Positions 9,258-18,370 of a DNA stretch of 64,000 nucleotides are shown in pieces. The translations under genes and the position numbers were made by a program. Each line of letters begins with the position of its first letter. Position 1 is the first letter of the stretch. Origin of the DNA: an uncultured Nitrososphaerota archaeon (GTDB lineage: Archaea; Thermoproteota; Nitrososphaeria; Nitrososphaerales; Gagatemarchaeaceae). The stretch is from positions 288,001 to 352,000 of the forward strand of contig CAVRAG010000004.1 of the NCBI GenBank assembly GCA_963718895.1. The letters run 5' to 3'. The notes beneath the pieces are model-generated. The model searched no databases, was not told the DNA's origin, and saw only the letters and a list, made by a program, of their open reading frames with translations.

Positions 9258-9785
9258 TCAGTGAGTCGGACAGGTTGGCGCCGTGTCCAAGTGCGGGATG
9301 ACGCAGTAGAGAGTGGAATTGGTGAACCATGCAGTGTAAACCACGGTCGATTGATTCTCGGTTATCGTAGTGATGTTCAGCCCGCCCGTTGAGTCGGTAT
9401 GAGTTTCTGTGACTGTTCCACCGCCAATGACCGTGTCGTTGTGGACATAATAGTAGGTACCATTGTAGCTGATCAGTTCAACGCTGAGCGATGCGTTAAC
9501 CTCTGATGGAGGACAAGTCGCGGCGATTGCATCGCACAGTCCGATGAACGCAGGTTCTCCGTGGACGGTGACGTTCGCGTTGACGATTCTCAGGCCGTTT
9601 CCCGAAGACACTGTGTTGATTGGAAGGGATGCGGCGGCAGAGGATGATCCGCCGGGATTGGGTGACAAGGTCGACGAGATGGGCTCGCTGCTATACACCC
9701 AGTAGCCCGTCCCAACGGCCATGACAGCCAAGACGACGCCCACGGCTGTAATCGTTCTGGCGACTGCCCATCTTTGGTGCTCCAA
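9258..9785 (-). CDS. Membrane-anchored exported hypothetical protein
   Basis: Probable TTG start at 9785. N-terminal TM, Ser-rich linker, four Cys. Confidence 0.65.
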   Translation of the reverse strand: MEHQRWAVARTITAVGVVLAVMAVGTGYWVYSSEPISSTLSPNPGGSSSAAASLPINTVSSGNGLRIVNANVTVHGEPAFIGLCDAIAATCPPSEVNASLSVELISYNGTYYYVHNDTVIGGGTVTETHTDSTGGLNITTITENQSTVVYTAWFTNSTLYCVIPHLDTAPTCPTH

Positions 9786-9814
9786 TCCAAGTCGTGTTTG
9801 AGAAGGTGATTCCT

Positions 9815-9834
9815 GATTAATAGTTTTGTCCGAA
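9815..9834 (-). promoter_or_regulatory. Conserved 20-bp accessory-gene element
   Basis: Minus strand TTCGGACAAAACTATTAATC, about 29 nt before TTG 9785. Confidence 0.7.
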
Positions 9835-10002
9835 CCGCGGCCGGCCCCGAGGCCGGAGCCAAGCCGTGCTCTTTCAACCCCAACATTATGATGAAATGCC
9901 CGGGCGGAGGTGCGATTCACCCTATGCGCATGGCACGAATCATCCATTTCCGCTATCCAAAGCCGTAATACCAGCTCCCCCGCGCGTCCCGTCGGTGAAC
10001 GC

Positions 10003-11286
10003 ATGCAGTTGCTGCCCGCGCACCGGAGCTACACCCTGATTGCCATCGCGATAGTCATAGCCGGGGTGCTGGTCTCGGCGTCACTCTATGCGACCGTGGG
10101 TCAACCGACGAAGACTGTGACCAGCACGTCTGCGAGCACGGCTACCGAAACCACCACACAGACGGCCACTACGATTCTGACCGTCTCCGGCACGACCACG
10201 TCGACGTACTTACTGACCACCACCTTGCTTCAGACCACGACTTCGACCGCGACCTCTACCTCCACGTTGACCTCCACGGTCACCTCGACCTCCACCGTCA
10301 CCAGGAACGTGACTTCCGTCTATGGAGCGCCCGTCTCGACCATCATGAAGGACAACCTGAGTCTGCCCCCAAAGAACATCTACTCCAGCATGTTCATTGT
10401 TCCTTCGACGGGCTTGGTCTATGTCATCGGGGGAGCACACCCGATAATCCTCAAGGAGTCTGACCGCACGACCAGCGTGAACGAGATTAACGTGAGTTCT
10501 TACTACGGCGCGGTGAACCCGGTCACGAACACGATTTACTTCAATAACGATGGGTGCCCGCCGTGCACAGATTCGGTCGTGACGGTGGACGCCTCAACGA
10601 ACAGCATAATCGGGGGCATCAACCTTGGAACCTACGTCAACGGCATAGCGGTGAACGCGAAGACCGATACCATATACATGACCAGCGCAAACACGGATTC
10701 CCTGTACATCGTCAATGGCACTGACAATGACTTGATCGCTACGGTACCGATGGGCGGCGAGGCGTTTGGAGTAGCTGTCAACTCGAACGACGGGCTGGTC
10801 TACGTGCCTGTCTGCGTGGCCCCATTCCCGGGTTCGTTCGTCTGCTCTCCGTATTACATTGCCGTCATGAATGGGACCACTGGCGCGATCATCTCCAAGC
10901 TCTCTATTCCTGAGTCATCGATGCTGGCAGACCCCACCACAAACACGGTATACATGACGAGCGGCAACACGTTGCTGGCCATTAACAGCAGCGGTGGCAT
11001 TGTGAGGACCACGACCCTGAGCGCCTACTCCGTGAACTGTTACGGTTTGGCCATGAACACGCCGCTGAACCAGATATACGTCGCTTGCAGTCCTCCCAAC
11101 ATCCCGGGTGGTCTGGGCTCCTTCCTGGTAGTTGACCGTTCCACGGGAGACATCCTGAACTCCTTCGCCTACAACGGTGTGGGTGGGGCCGTCGTCTTTG
11201 ACCAGGCGAGTCAGACAATCTATCTTCTGGACCAGAACGGGTACGTCTTGACGCTGAGCCTCGCCACGCCCCCGATTCTCCCCTGA
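10003..11286 (+). CDS. YncE/YVTN-type beta-propeller surface protein with Thr-rich stalk
   Basis: N-terminal anchor, Thr/Ser stalk, repeated AVNP.TN.IY / GIAVNAKTDTIY / GVAVNSNDGLVYV blades. Confidence 0.8.
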   Translation: MQLLPAHRSYTLIAIAIVIAGVLVSASLYATVGQPTKTVTSTSASTATETTTQTATTILTVSGTTTSTYLLTTTLLQTTTSTATSTSTLTSTVTSTSTVTRNVTSVYGAPVSTIMKDNLSLPPKNIYSSMFIVPSTGLVYVIGGAHPIILKESDRTTSVNEINVSSYYGAVNPVTNTIYFNNDGCPPCTDSVVTVDASTNSIIGGINLGTYVNGIAVNAKTDTIYMTSANTDSLYIVNGTDNDLIATVPMGGEAFGVAVNSNDGLVYVPVCVAPFPGSFVCSPYYIAVMNGTTGAIISKLSIPESSMLADPTTNTVYMTSGNTLLAINSSGGIVRTTTLSAYSVNCYGLAMNTPLNQIYVACSPPNIPGGLGSFLVVDRSTGDILNSFAYNGVGGAVVFDQASQTIYLLDQNGYVLTLSLATPPILP

Positions 11287-11299
11287 AGCGAACAACAAC

Positions 11300-11390
11300 T
11301 AGGGTTCTGTGTGCCGGTCGAGAAGGCGCATTGAACCCAACACGAAAACTCATACCCTAGGGAGAACAAGATGATCGTCACCGCCGGCGG
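11300..11390. repeat. Inter-TA repeat copy A
   Basis: AGGGTTC...AGGCGCATTGAACCCAACACG...TCATACC...GAGAACAAGATGATCG; matches 12908-12991. Confidence 0.7.
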
Positions 11391-11426
11391 GGTGGGGTCC
11401 ATCCAGACAACAGTTGGCCTAGGGGG

Positions 11427-11861
11427 TCACGGCTCCGAATCCAAAGTAGGCGTACCCAGGAAGACTACCTCGTCATCAAGATCTCTGAAGTGTTTGTCTC
11501 CCGTCACAACTTGAGCGCCCCACTGCCTGGCGGTAGCGAGCACAATTGAATCGGCCAGACCCCAATCCGGCACTTTCCGCTTTCTCTCAAGGTCTATCTC
11601 TCCGGCCTTTGTAGCTATCTCTCGGGTCAGGTCTAGGACGGTCGTCGATGAGGTTACGAATTCGAGCCTGCTCAATCTGCCTTCGGCTGTCTCGCGTCCA
11701 CCATCAATCTCTTTGAGCAGCTTCCGGCTCAGCTCAGCCATCACGACCGTGGGAGTCGCCGAACTAGCATCTTGTACATACCTCGTTGCGGACTTGCCCT
11801 TCGCCGACCCTGCGAAGTATTCAATCCAAGCGTAACTGTCGATCACATACTCATAGGTCAT
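11427..11861 (-). CDS. vapC: VapC PIN-domain toxin
   Basis: YVIDSYAWIEY, VMAEL, GLADSIVLATA and VVTGDKHF motifs. Confidence 0.9.
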   Translation of the reverse strand: MTYEYVIDSYAWIEYFAGSAKGKSATRYVQDASSATPTVVMAELSRKLLKEIDGGRETAEGRLSRLEFVTSSTTVLDLTREIATKAGEIDLERKRKVPDWGLADSIVLATARQWGAQVVTGDKHFRDLDDEVVFLGTPTLDSEP

Positions 11862-12051
11862 GGAACTCGGCCTCATCTTCGGCCTTGAACAGCTTCAAAC
11901 GAGGATTCGATCCAAGGAGCGAGTCCGGGGTTAGCAGCTTCTCCTTGATTAGCCCTCTGATAACCTCATCGTACGTCTTGGCTCCGGTCTTCCTCATGAT
12001 TTCTCGCAGCTGTTGCGCCGTTCTTTTGCTCGTTTGGATGGTCGTACTCAT
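11851..12051 (-). CDS. vapB: Putative VapB-type antitoxin
   Basis: 66 aa, TTIQTS...KTYDEVIRGLI; overlaps the PIN gene start. Confidence 0.75.
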   Translation of the reverse strand: MSTTIQTSKRTAQQLREIMRKTGAKTYDEVIRGLIKEKLLTPDSLLGSNPRLKLFKAEDEAEFHDL

Positions 12052-12125
12052 ACCGTGACTATAGTTATAGCCATAGCCATAGATAAATCTTGAGGAGGAA
12101 GCTCCTCACGCGACTCTTCAGAGCC

Positions 12126-12180
12126 AGGGTTCGTCTGGCCTGTTTACTGGCTACCCCAGGCGGAGGCGCTATGAACCCTA
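12126..12180. repeat. Inter-TA repeat copy B (short)
   Basis: AGGGTTC...CCCCAGGCGGAGGCGCTATGAACCC; 22/25 match to copy C core. Confidence 0.6.
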
Positions 12181-12190
12181 TACATGGCAT

Positions 12191-12586
12191 CTACTTTTCG
12201 CTATCTGACTCCTTCATTCTTATCCAGGTACGCTTGACTTCGGTGAAGTGAGGGTCGTCGGTGACGCATGAAACGCGGAGCCGCTTCGCGGTCGCCATGA
12301 TTAGGGAATCAGCCATCGGAATCCTCAGCCTGTGGCTGATCCTAGCGCCTTCCGCGGCAATCTCGGCGTCGACATCCATGATATCGAACTCATTCTCCAT
12401 GGTCGTGACCCTCACATCAGCGACCGACATGTCTTCGGACTCAATCGTCTGCTTGTAGACCTCGTAGATGCTGATCGAGGAGACGTAGGTCGTATCTGCC
12501 CGGTCGTAGATGGCTCTCAGTTCTCTTACGGTTCGCCGATCTTTGGATCTGAAGATGGCCCAGAAGTACCTTGTCTCGAAGAGCAC
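12191..12586 (-). CDS. vapC: VapC PIN-domain toxin
   Basis: LFETRYF, SSISIYEV, IPMADSLIMATA and VTDDPHF motifs. GTG start assumed. Confidence 0.85.
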   Translation of the reverse strand: MLFETRYFWAIFRSKDRRTVRELRAIYDRADTTYVSSISIYEVYKQTIESEDMSVADVRVTTMENEFDIMDVDAEIAAEGARISHRLRIPMADSLIMATAKRLRVSCVTDDPHFTEVKRTWIRMKESDSEK

Positions 12587-12593
12587 ACTGCCC

Positions 12594-12818
12594 TCATCCC
12601 TCTTCTTGCCGCATGGCGTCAAGGCGATCGAAGGCTTCTTTCACGTTCCCCTTGCTCGTCCCCGCCAAATCAAATACTGACGGGATTTTTGTGAATACCA
12701 CCTTGCCCTCCACAGCCTCAACCTTCAGCCTTGTTCCTTCCTCAATCCCCAGCTTCCTTCTCACGTCCACGGGGATCGTCGTCTGGCCTCTTCTCGTGAC
12801 CACGACCTCTTGAGCCAT
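12594..12818 (-). CDS. vapB: AbrB/MazE-family antitoxin
   Basis: VTRRGQTTIPVDVRRKLGIEEGTRL; directly upstream of the PIN gene. Confidence 0.88.
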   Translation of the reverse strand: MAQEVVVTRRGQTTIPVDVRRKLGIEEGTRLKVEAVEGKVVFTKIPSVFDLAGTSKGNVKEAFDRLDAMRQEEG

Positions 12819-12907
12819 GCATTCTGACATGGATTCCTACCTTAAAATGATTTCCTACCTATCCGTTAATCCTACTCCTGGTTTTTCTTGGCGTCTTCTC
12901 GATATGT

Positions 12908-12991
12908 TAGGGTGTCCCCCCGGCGGAGGCTCGATGAACCCCAACACGAGATCATACCTTCAGCGAGAACAAGATGATCGCCACGCAGGCG
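12908..12991. repeat. Inter-TA repeat copy C
   Basis: AGGGTG...CCCCCGGCGGAGGCTCGATGAACCCCAACACG...TCATACC...GAGAACAAGATGATCG. Confidence 0.7.
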
Positions 12992-13275
12992 CAGACAGGC
13001 TCCCGGTTTTTTTACATGCGAACCGCGCCTTGCCCGGAGGCCGAAGAGCCTCTTCCGGAATTGCGGTGAGGACGCAGAAGATTTGAACAACTTGATAAAA
13101 ACGCACGAAATCGATCTTGCAGACTTGCGTGCCCAGCTGCCGACGCTGGGGAAGATAGCAATCATGACAGAAGCAACGCAATCAGTTCGATCAAGTACCC
13201 CTAACCATATCAAGCATGGAGGCCCATGCTTTCTCTTCCACCCAAGACCAAAGAAATGAGGGCTGACCTCCTCGG

Positions 13276-13677
13276 TCACTCGCTCTTGTCAGCGCCAATG
13301 AAGGCTTGCATAGGTTCAACGGTCAGTCCGTACCGCTTGAACCTCTCGAAGTGCTTCACGTTTCCTGTGACCAGAGGCAAGCTGTTTGCTATGCACATGC
13401 TGGCTATCAATAAGTCCGGGTCCTCCACCACGGCTCCTTGACGCCTCAGTTCGCCGTAAATCCTTGAAGCTTCGCCTATGGCAGCATTATCAAGAGGGAG
13501 GACCTCGAGGTGTGATTCAACGTATGCCATGTATTCGGCCACGTCTTTCTTCAGGTAGGCCAATCCTCTGAGGAACTCGTAGAGTGATATGCAGGTTGTG
13601 TGAAGGCCGTCGAACTTGGAGATTCCGGCCTCGTACGCTTCAATGAGCGCGTCCGAATCTAGGACCGCGTCTTCCAT
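13276..13677 (-). CDS. vapC: VapC PIN-domain toxin
   Basis: VLDSDALI, ISLYEFLRG, DPDLLIASMCI and LVTGNVKHFER motifs. Confidence 0.9.
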   Translation of the reverse strand: MEDAVLDSDALIEAYEAGISKFDGLHTTCISLYEFLRGLAYLKKDVAEYMAYVESHLEVLPLDNAAIGEASRIYGELRRQGAVVEDPDLLIASMCIANSLPLVTGNVKHFERFKRYGLTVEPMQAFIGADKSE

Positions 13678-13871
13678 GGTCTCCCCTCTGCCACCAGCCG
13701 CTTCAGCTCCATGACTTCGCTCTTGCTGAGTTCGGGAGGTTTCGCCGCTGAGAAGGCATGCTCGAAGAATTCGTCCCAGGTGAGCTGGTTACCCTCGGTC
13801 ACCTCAAGCGACCTCTTTCTCCTGGCGAGGAGGTCCTTCGTTCTTCTATCAACCGAAATGGTCGTAGACAC
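13659..13871 (-). CDS. vapB: Putative VapB-type antitoxin
   Basis: TTISVDRRTKDLL...LTWDEFF; overlaps the PIN gene start. Confidence 0.75.
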   Translation of the reverse strand: MSTTISVDRRTKDLLARRKRSLEVTEGNQLTWDEFFEHAFSAAKPPELSKSEVMELKRLVAEGRPWKTRS

Positions 13872-14038
13872 GATAATTGCTAATCAATTGGTAATTGATA
13901 AACTTGACGAGATGAATCTTCCAGCGCCTAACTGCAGAAGACACATGCCGGGAACTTCAGGTCTACATGAAAGAAGGATAGAGGATGTCTTCATTCAGCT
14001 CTGCATATATACGAACCCGCGGCCATTTCCGAGGTCCC

Positions 14039-14677
14039 ATGAGGAAGGTGTACCTTTTCATGACGCTGAGCCTTGACGGCTACTTCGAAGGACCGGACCA
14101 TGACCTGTCGTGGCACAGGGTCGATGACGAGTTCAACGGATTTGCGATAGAACAGCTGAAGGATGCTGACATTCTCCTGTTCGGACGCAGGACGTATCAA
14201 ACCATGGAAGCCGCCTGGCCAAGGGCGGCTAGAGACCCCGCGACGTCAAAGCAGGACCTAGAAATCGCCAGTCTGATCAATAATGCCAACAAGATAGTGT
14301 TCTCAAGGACGCTCGACAGGGTCGAAGAGACCGAGAACTGGAAGAACGTCACGCTCGCTCGCGAGTTCGACCCCGCAGCGATAGAGCGCCTGAAAGACCA
14401 GCCGGGCAAGAGCATCTGGCTGGGCGGATCAGATTTGGCCGTGTCCTTCATCAAGGCGGGCTTAATCGATGAGTTTAGGTTCATGGTGGACCCGATTGTC
14501 CTGGGCGAAGGCACCCCGATATTCGAAGGGTTGCGCGGCAGATTGGAGCTCGAGCTCATTAAGACGCGCAGGTTTGACTCTGGCAACGTCCTGTTGTACT
14601 ACAAACCTGCCAAAAGGGAGCAAGCGATGGGTTCCAGGCGAGCATTCATTGACGGCGTTCCAAGCGGCCTTGGTTAG
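14039..14677 (+). CDS. Dihydrofolate reductase / RibD C-terminal domain family protein
   Basis: MTLSLDGYFEGP, LLFGRRTYQ, WLGGSDLA and GLIDEFRFMVDPIVLGEG motifs. Confidence 0.85.
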   Translation: MRKVYLFMTLSLDGYFEGPDHDLSWHRVDDEFNGFAIEQLKDADILLFGRRTYQTMEAAWPRAARDPATSKQDLEIASLINNANKIVFSRTLDRVEETENWKNVTLAREFDPAAIERLKDQPGKSIWLGGSDLAVSFIKAGLIDEFRFMVDPIVLGEGTPIFEGLRGRLELELIKTRRFDSGNVLLYYKPAKREQAMGSRRAFIDGVPSGLG

Positions 14678-14743
14678 CATCTAGATTGAGATGCCGCAGA
14701 TAGAGTTCATTGCACGTCCGCTCGCCATTTGTTTGGCGATTCA

Positions 14744-15025
14744 CTAGATGCAGGTGAGGTTTGATGTTTGCCCTGAGGATGGGAGCCACCAGAGATGACC
14801 GCCGGTGGGGACGTAGACCACTCCATAGTGCGACAACATATACGAAGCAGAGCCGTAGATCACCAGAGTCGGAGCCGGGTCGATTTCAGTGCCGATGCAC
14901 AAACCATGCTGTGAATACAAGTCATAGGTCGTGACTGTCGTCGGGATGATGGGAACGAGGAACAGGAAGGCCAACACACCAGCTGCACCGACGCAGGCTG
15001 CTACCACCTTGACGATGCGCTTCAT
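14744..15025 (-). CDS. Small membrane-anchored Cys-pair protein (paralog of 16301)
   Basis: LAFLFLVPIIP...DLYSQHGLC...YGSASYMLSHYGVVYV...LWWLP...TCI. Confidence 0.75.
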   Translation of the reverse strand: MKRIVKVVAACVGAAGVLAFLFLVPIIPTTVTTYDLYSQHGLCIGTEIDPAPTLVIYGSASYMLSHYGVVYVPTGGHLWWLPSSGQTSNLTCI

Positions 15026-15119
15026 GACGTCACCGCAGCCTCTTGGGAAGGCAGTCCTAATCGGCAGTTCTGACCGATGACCGAACTTGGAATCGGGTCG
15101 TCTGGTTCTTGGCGCTCCG

Positions 15120-15551
15120 TCATGCAATGCCAGCTCGGTAACCAAGGAGCGTCATGTTGTCGAAGTACATGTGCTGAATCGTGCCGTTGCCCGCAGAGAC
15201 GTCAACCTGGATTTGGCCGCTCATGTTCGGCGAGTAGAAGATTATCGTCTCGATTGAGGCTATGTTCGGTCCCCAGTCGTAGCCGAAGCTCGAGTATCGC
15301 TGGATGTGGTATTGGAGCCCGCCGGCGAGGGACTGGAACTGGGAGGTGTTCTCGATCATCGGAATGAGGAACGAGCCGAGGGACGATATCTGTCCGTCAC
15401 CGGGATAGCCGGGGTGCAGAGTCGGAGGGACCTGCTCGACCTGAGTACTGGCAGATGCCCCTGAGATGTTGAGTCCGACCGTAATCAGCAACAAGGTAAT
15501 AATCGTCGCTGCGGATATCGAGAGCGTCGCTCTGGCTCGGCGGGATGGCAT
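15120..15551 (-). CDS. Exported hypothetical protein
   Basis: MPSRRAR plus a hydrophobic helix; divergent from the wHTH gene. Confidence 0.6.
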   Translation of the reverse strand: MPSRRARATLSISAATIITLLLITVGLNISGASASTQVEQVPPTLHPGYPGDGQISSLGSFLIPMIENTSQFQSLAGGLQYHIQRYSSFGYDWGPNIASIETIIFYSPNMSGQIQVDVSAGNGTIQHMYFDNMTLLGYRAGIA

Positions 15552-15598
15552 GTCGAGTGGGCAGACATGGCATCGGGGGTTAAGGTTCCTTCCGACCG

Positions 15599-15618
15599 TT
15601 CGGAATAAAGTATTTATC
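15599..15618 (+). promoter_or_regulatory. Conserved 20-bp element (variant)
   Basis: TTCGGAATAAAGTATTTATC, about 22 nt before ATG 15641. Confidence 0.5.
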
Positions 15619-15640
15619 AACAGTTCCATCCTTTTGACCG

Positions 15641-16273
15641 ATGTCGCGGGCTTCCTTCGTCCTGGCAGTGGTCGTCGGGTTCGCGATCGCCAATACCGTG
15701 TTCCTGGGGGTCCACCTGGCGAGTCCGTCAGAATCGGGTCCCGCATTGCAAACCTCAATCACCAATCTTGGGACCGCCATCAACGGCTACTCGGCGGGTT
15801 CTCTCACCCCACTCCCGTCCACCACGCAGCCGGCGTTTCAGTTCCTACTCGCCAACTCTCCCGCCTTGTCCACGGCTAGCTGGGCTCTGGTTGGAGGCGT
15901 CTGGATCTGGCGGGGAAGGATGAAGTCGCGCTGGGAAGGCCTGGGCTTCGACTCGGGGATCTTCGACCTCTTCATCAAGATGAAGGGCGCCAAGACGAGG
16001 CTGAACCTCCTGGACTCGCTCTCGATGCCCAAGGACAGGCTGCAGCTCGCCCGGGAGCTCGGCCTTGACTGGAAGGCCGTCGACTACCACATCGTCCTGC
16101 TAAACAGGTATGGTCTGGTGCACGAGGACCACGCATTCGGGAACGTGAGGATGTACAGGCTCACGAAGCAGGGAGAGGTCCTGCTCCAGCTGCTAAGGGA
16201 GTTCGACAAGGGACCTCCGAGGGCTATTGAATCGGGTGGCGCGCCGGTTCCCTCTGCCTTGTCCGGGAGATGA
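15641..16273 (+). CDS. Membrane-tethered ArsR-like wHTH regulator (2 TM + C-terminal wHTH)
   Basis: TM-loop-TM, then KGAKTRLNLL...DRLQLARELGLDWKAVDYHI..L...GLV...YRLT. Confidence 0.8.
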   Translation: MSRASFVLAVVVGFAIANTVFLGVHLASPSESGPALQTSITNLGTAINGYSAGSLTPLPSTTQPAFQFLLANSPALSTASWALVGGVWIWRGRMKSRWEGLGFDSGIFDLFIKMKGAKTRLNLLDSLSMPKDRLQLARELGLDWKAVDYHIVLLNRYGLVHEDHAFGNVRMYRLTKQGEVLLQLLREFDKGPPRAIESGGAPVPSALSGR

Positions 16274-16300
16274 TTTGGGTGACAATCTGCATGCCAAGAC

Positions 16301-16597
16301 GTGGGTGAGATCGCAATCCCAATCCGCAGAGTAGCGCTATTCGGAATTTGCATAGCCACACTGGCGTTTCTCGTCCTTGTCCCAATTGTCCCGATGAGGG
16401 TCTCCACCCCAGACCTGTTCGCGCAGCATGCCTGGTGCTGGGGCGGGTCGGTGGCGGTCGGTGACAATCCGACGTCGTCGGTCTTCGGGTCGGTCTCGTA
16501 TGCGCTGTCCAATCACGGAGTCGTGTACGTTGTCTCTGGTGAGTATCTTTGGTGGGTCCCGGCGCAGTATCCGCCAGGAGGGATGACTTGCGCTTAG
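16301..16597 (+). CDS. Small membrane-anchored Cys-pair protein (paralog of 14744)
   Basis: LAFLVLVPIVP...DLFAQHAWC...FGSVSYALSNHGVVYV...LWWVP...TCA. Confidence 0.75.
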   Translation: MGEIAIPIRRVALFGICIATLAFLVLVPIVPMRVSTPDLFAQHAWCWGGSVAVGDNPTSSVFGSVSYALSNHGVVYVVSGEYLWWVPAQYPPGGMTCA

Positions 16598-17112
16598 CAC
16601 TCGACCCGAGGAAGTTGTCAAGGCGTACCACCGCTGCAATTGGGGCGGCCCTGCTCTTTGGGGGCATTGGGGCAATTCTGGTCCTTCTACCGGCGATTAC
16701 GCCATTCTGGGTTCTGAGTTGCAGCCCTATAGCGGGAGGTACGCAATGCTTCGGAGGTCCGAACCTCATCTACCCAATCGTCTTCCTAGTTTCGATGGTG
16801 GGGACGGTCCTAGTCTTCTCCGGCTTGTTCGGTCGAGGCTTCGTGACTGCTCCGCTCTTCGTCGCAGGTATGCTCCTGCTCGGCTGGGGTTCGGCAGGCA
16901 TTGTCTTCGGCTATCTGGACTCTGTGAGTAACGAATCATGTGCATCATTGTTCTCATTGTGCGTGAGCGGTCACCTGAGTACAGGACCGTTCGAGACGGC
17001 GATGGTCGGAGGGCCTTTACTGATTGGCTGCAACGGTTTCTGGTGCTTCTGGAGAAGTCCACAACACAGCCGAGGGCGCCGTCCAACGGAGGGGCTAAAC
17101 GAGTCCATTTGA
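16588..17112 (+). CDS. Four-TM membrane protein with Cys pairs in loops
   Basis: Four hydrophobic segments. TTG start assumed. Confidence 0.6.
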   Translation: MRLALDPRKLSRRTTAAIGAALLFGGIGAILVLLPAITPFWVLSCSPIAGGTQCFGGPNLIYPIVFLVSMVGTVLVFSGLFGRGFVTAPLFVAGMLLLGWGSAGIVFGYLDSVSNESCASLFSLCVSGHLSTGPFETAMVGGPLLIGCNGFWCFWRSPQHSRGRRPTEGLNESI

Positions 17113-17670
17113 GTTTGGACTCTCCTCCGGTGCTCCTGGGGCCTCTTCTTCCCTATCCTTCTTCCCGCTGAACAGCTCGAACATGAATATCAGCAACACG
17201 ATGGCAGCCACGAGGACATAGTTGAGCGGCGGCGGGAACGCCTCCGAGATCCTCCCGAGGAAGGGGAGCGACACGACGACCACTCCTTTCACGCACTGGG
17301 GTGGGACCGGAGGCCAGCTACCCGGCTCGTCTGGGCGCGTGTTCGTGAACCTGTTGTCGCCCCACGTTATCAGGCCCTCGCTGGTGATGTTGACCACCCT
17401 GTGCACTATGACCTCGCTCCCACAGCCTCCGCCTGGGTCCGGACGCGCGAAGACTATGACATCCCCGAGGTGGATGCTGGTGTACGGGACGCTGTGGATG
17501 ACCACGAGGTCTCCGACCTCCAGCGTCGGGGCCATGCTGTTGGTCGGATAGACGTCGTAGACCTGAATGCCTCCGACCTGGCTGTTCAGCAGGACGGCGG
17601 TCCCCGCGACGAGGAGCAGGACAATCGCCGCGTATCCCGCGGCGTGGCTGACCTTCCTCGGCGAGCTCAG
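17095..17670 (-). CDS. sec11: Signal peptidase I (archaeal Sec11 type, S26)
   Basis: TNSMAPTLEVGD (Ser), IVHRV (His) and ITWGDN motifs. The N-terminal TM requires a start at CTG 17670, after GGAGGAG. Confidence 0.85.
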   Translation of the reverse strand: MSSPRKVSHAAGYAAIVLLLVAGTAVLLNSQVGGIQVYDVYPTNSMAPTLEVGDLVVIHSVPYTSIHLGDVIVFARPDPGGGCGSEVIVHRVVNITSEGLITWGDNRFTNTRPDEPGSWPPVPPQCVKGVVVVSLPFLGRISEAFPPPLNYVLVAAIVLLIFMFELFSGKKDREEEAPGAPEESPNSNGLV

Positions 17671-17720
17671 GCCAACTCCTCCCTAGGATTGAGCGATGCG
17701 AGCCATGAAATGAAAGCGAA

Positions 17721-18311
17721 TCAATGTGTTGCAGACCTGAGTATCCCGTGCAATCCAGCACCCATCAGAAGAAGCCCGACAAAAGCCAGACCGAATTGGA
17801 ACCATCCTCCCCCCAGCGTGTTGTTGCCGAAACCAACGTTGCTTTGCAGAAGCCAGAAGTAGGCCCACAACAGCATGGTCCCGCCCAACGCAAGGAAGAC
17901 TACGCCTGCCTGGCCTTGCGGCGTGTAATCGACGGCGCCCGCGTTGATGGTCGGTGGGTCTGTGACCGCCGAGAGTTCGTCCTGGATTGATTCGCCCCCA
18001 TGCTCTGCGAGCGTCCTTGCGTTCTCGATGTCCTTGATCCACGCTTCCCTCTGGTCCTTCTCATAGATTCCGAAGCGGGCTATCTCCGAGTCGGCCGACT
18101 TTAGCACTATTTCGTCGCGGGTCGATTCGACCTTGCTTATGCTCCTCAACGCGACCACCTGCCTGGGCGGCCGCGCGAAGATGAAGACGAGATTCTTGTT
18201 CGTCAGCACGACTTTCCCACCTTCCTTGCGACCGGCGACCGACATCATGGAGCCGCCGTACTGTCGTATTTCCGTCAGGTTGTTGATAGGTCGGCCGGGT
18301 TCCGAGTTCAC
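17721..18311 (-). CDS. PH/GRAM-like domain protein with two C-terminal TMs
   Basis: GKVVLTNKNLVF...LRSISKVE...REAWIKDI pattern, plus two hydrophobic helices. Confidence 0.65.
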   Translation of the reverse strand: MNSEPGRPINNLTEIRQYGGSMMSVAGRKEGGKVVLTNKNLVFIFARPPRQVVALRSISKVESTRDEIVLKSADSEIARFGIYEKDQREAWIKDIENARTLAEHGGESIQDELSAVTDPPTINAGAVDYTPQGQAGVVFLALGGTMLLWAYFWLLQSNVGFGNNTLGGGWFQFGLAFVGLLLMGAGLHGILRSATH

Positions 18312-18350
18312 TTCACATCGCCGTTGCGTATCAGATAAGGTCAGTTCTGT

Positions 18351-18370
18351 GATTAATAGTTATGTCCGAA
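18351..18370 (-). promoter_or_regulatory. Conserved 20-bp accessory-gene element
   Basis: Minus strand TTCGGACATAACTATTAATC; identical to 58509-58528. Confidence 0.75.

Noticed and set aside
11300-12991. Inter-TA repeats as integron attC sites or CRISPR repeats
   Set aside because: They lack the RYYYAAC...GTTRRRY arrangement, vary in length and are separated by whole genes. No intI or cas gene is in the window.
17683-17706. In-frame TAG between ATG 17706 and the signal peptidase (amber read-through or pyrrolysine)
   Set aside because: TAG is used as a normal stop throughout the window. An SD-like GGAGGAG plus CTG just downstream explains the gene more simply.
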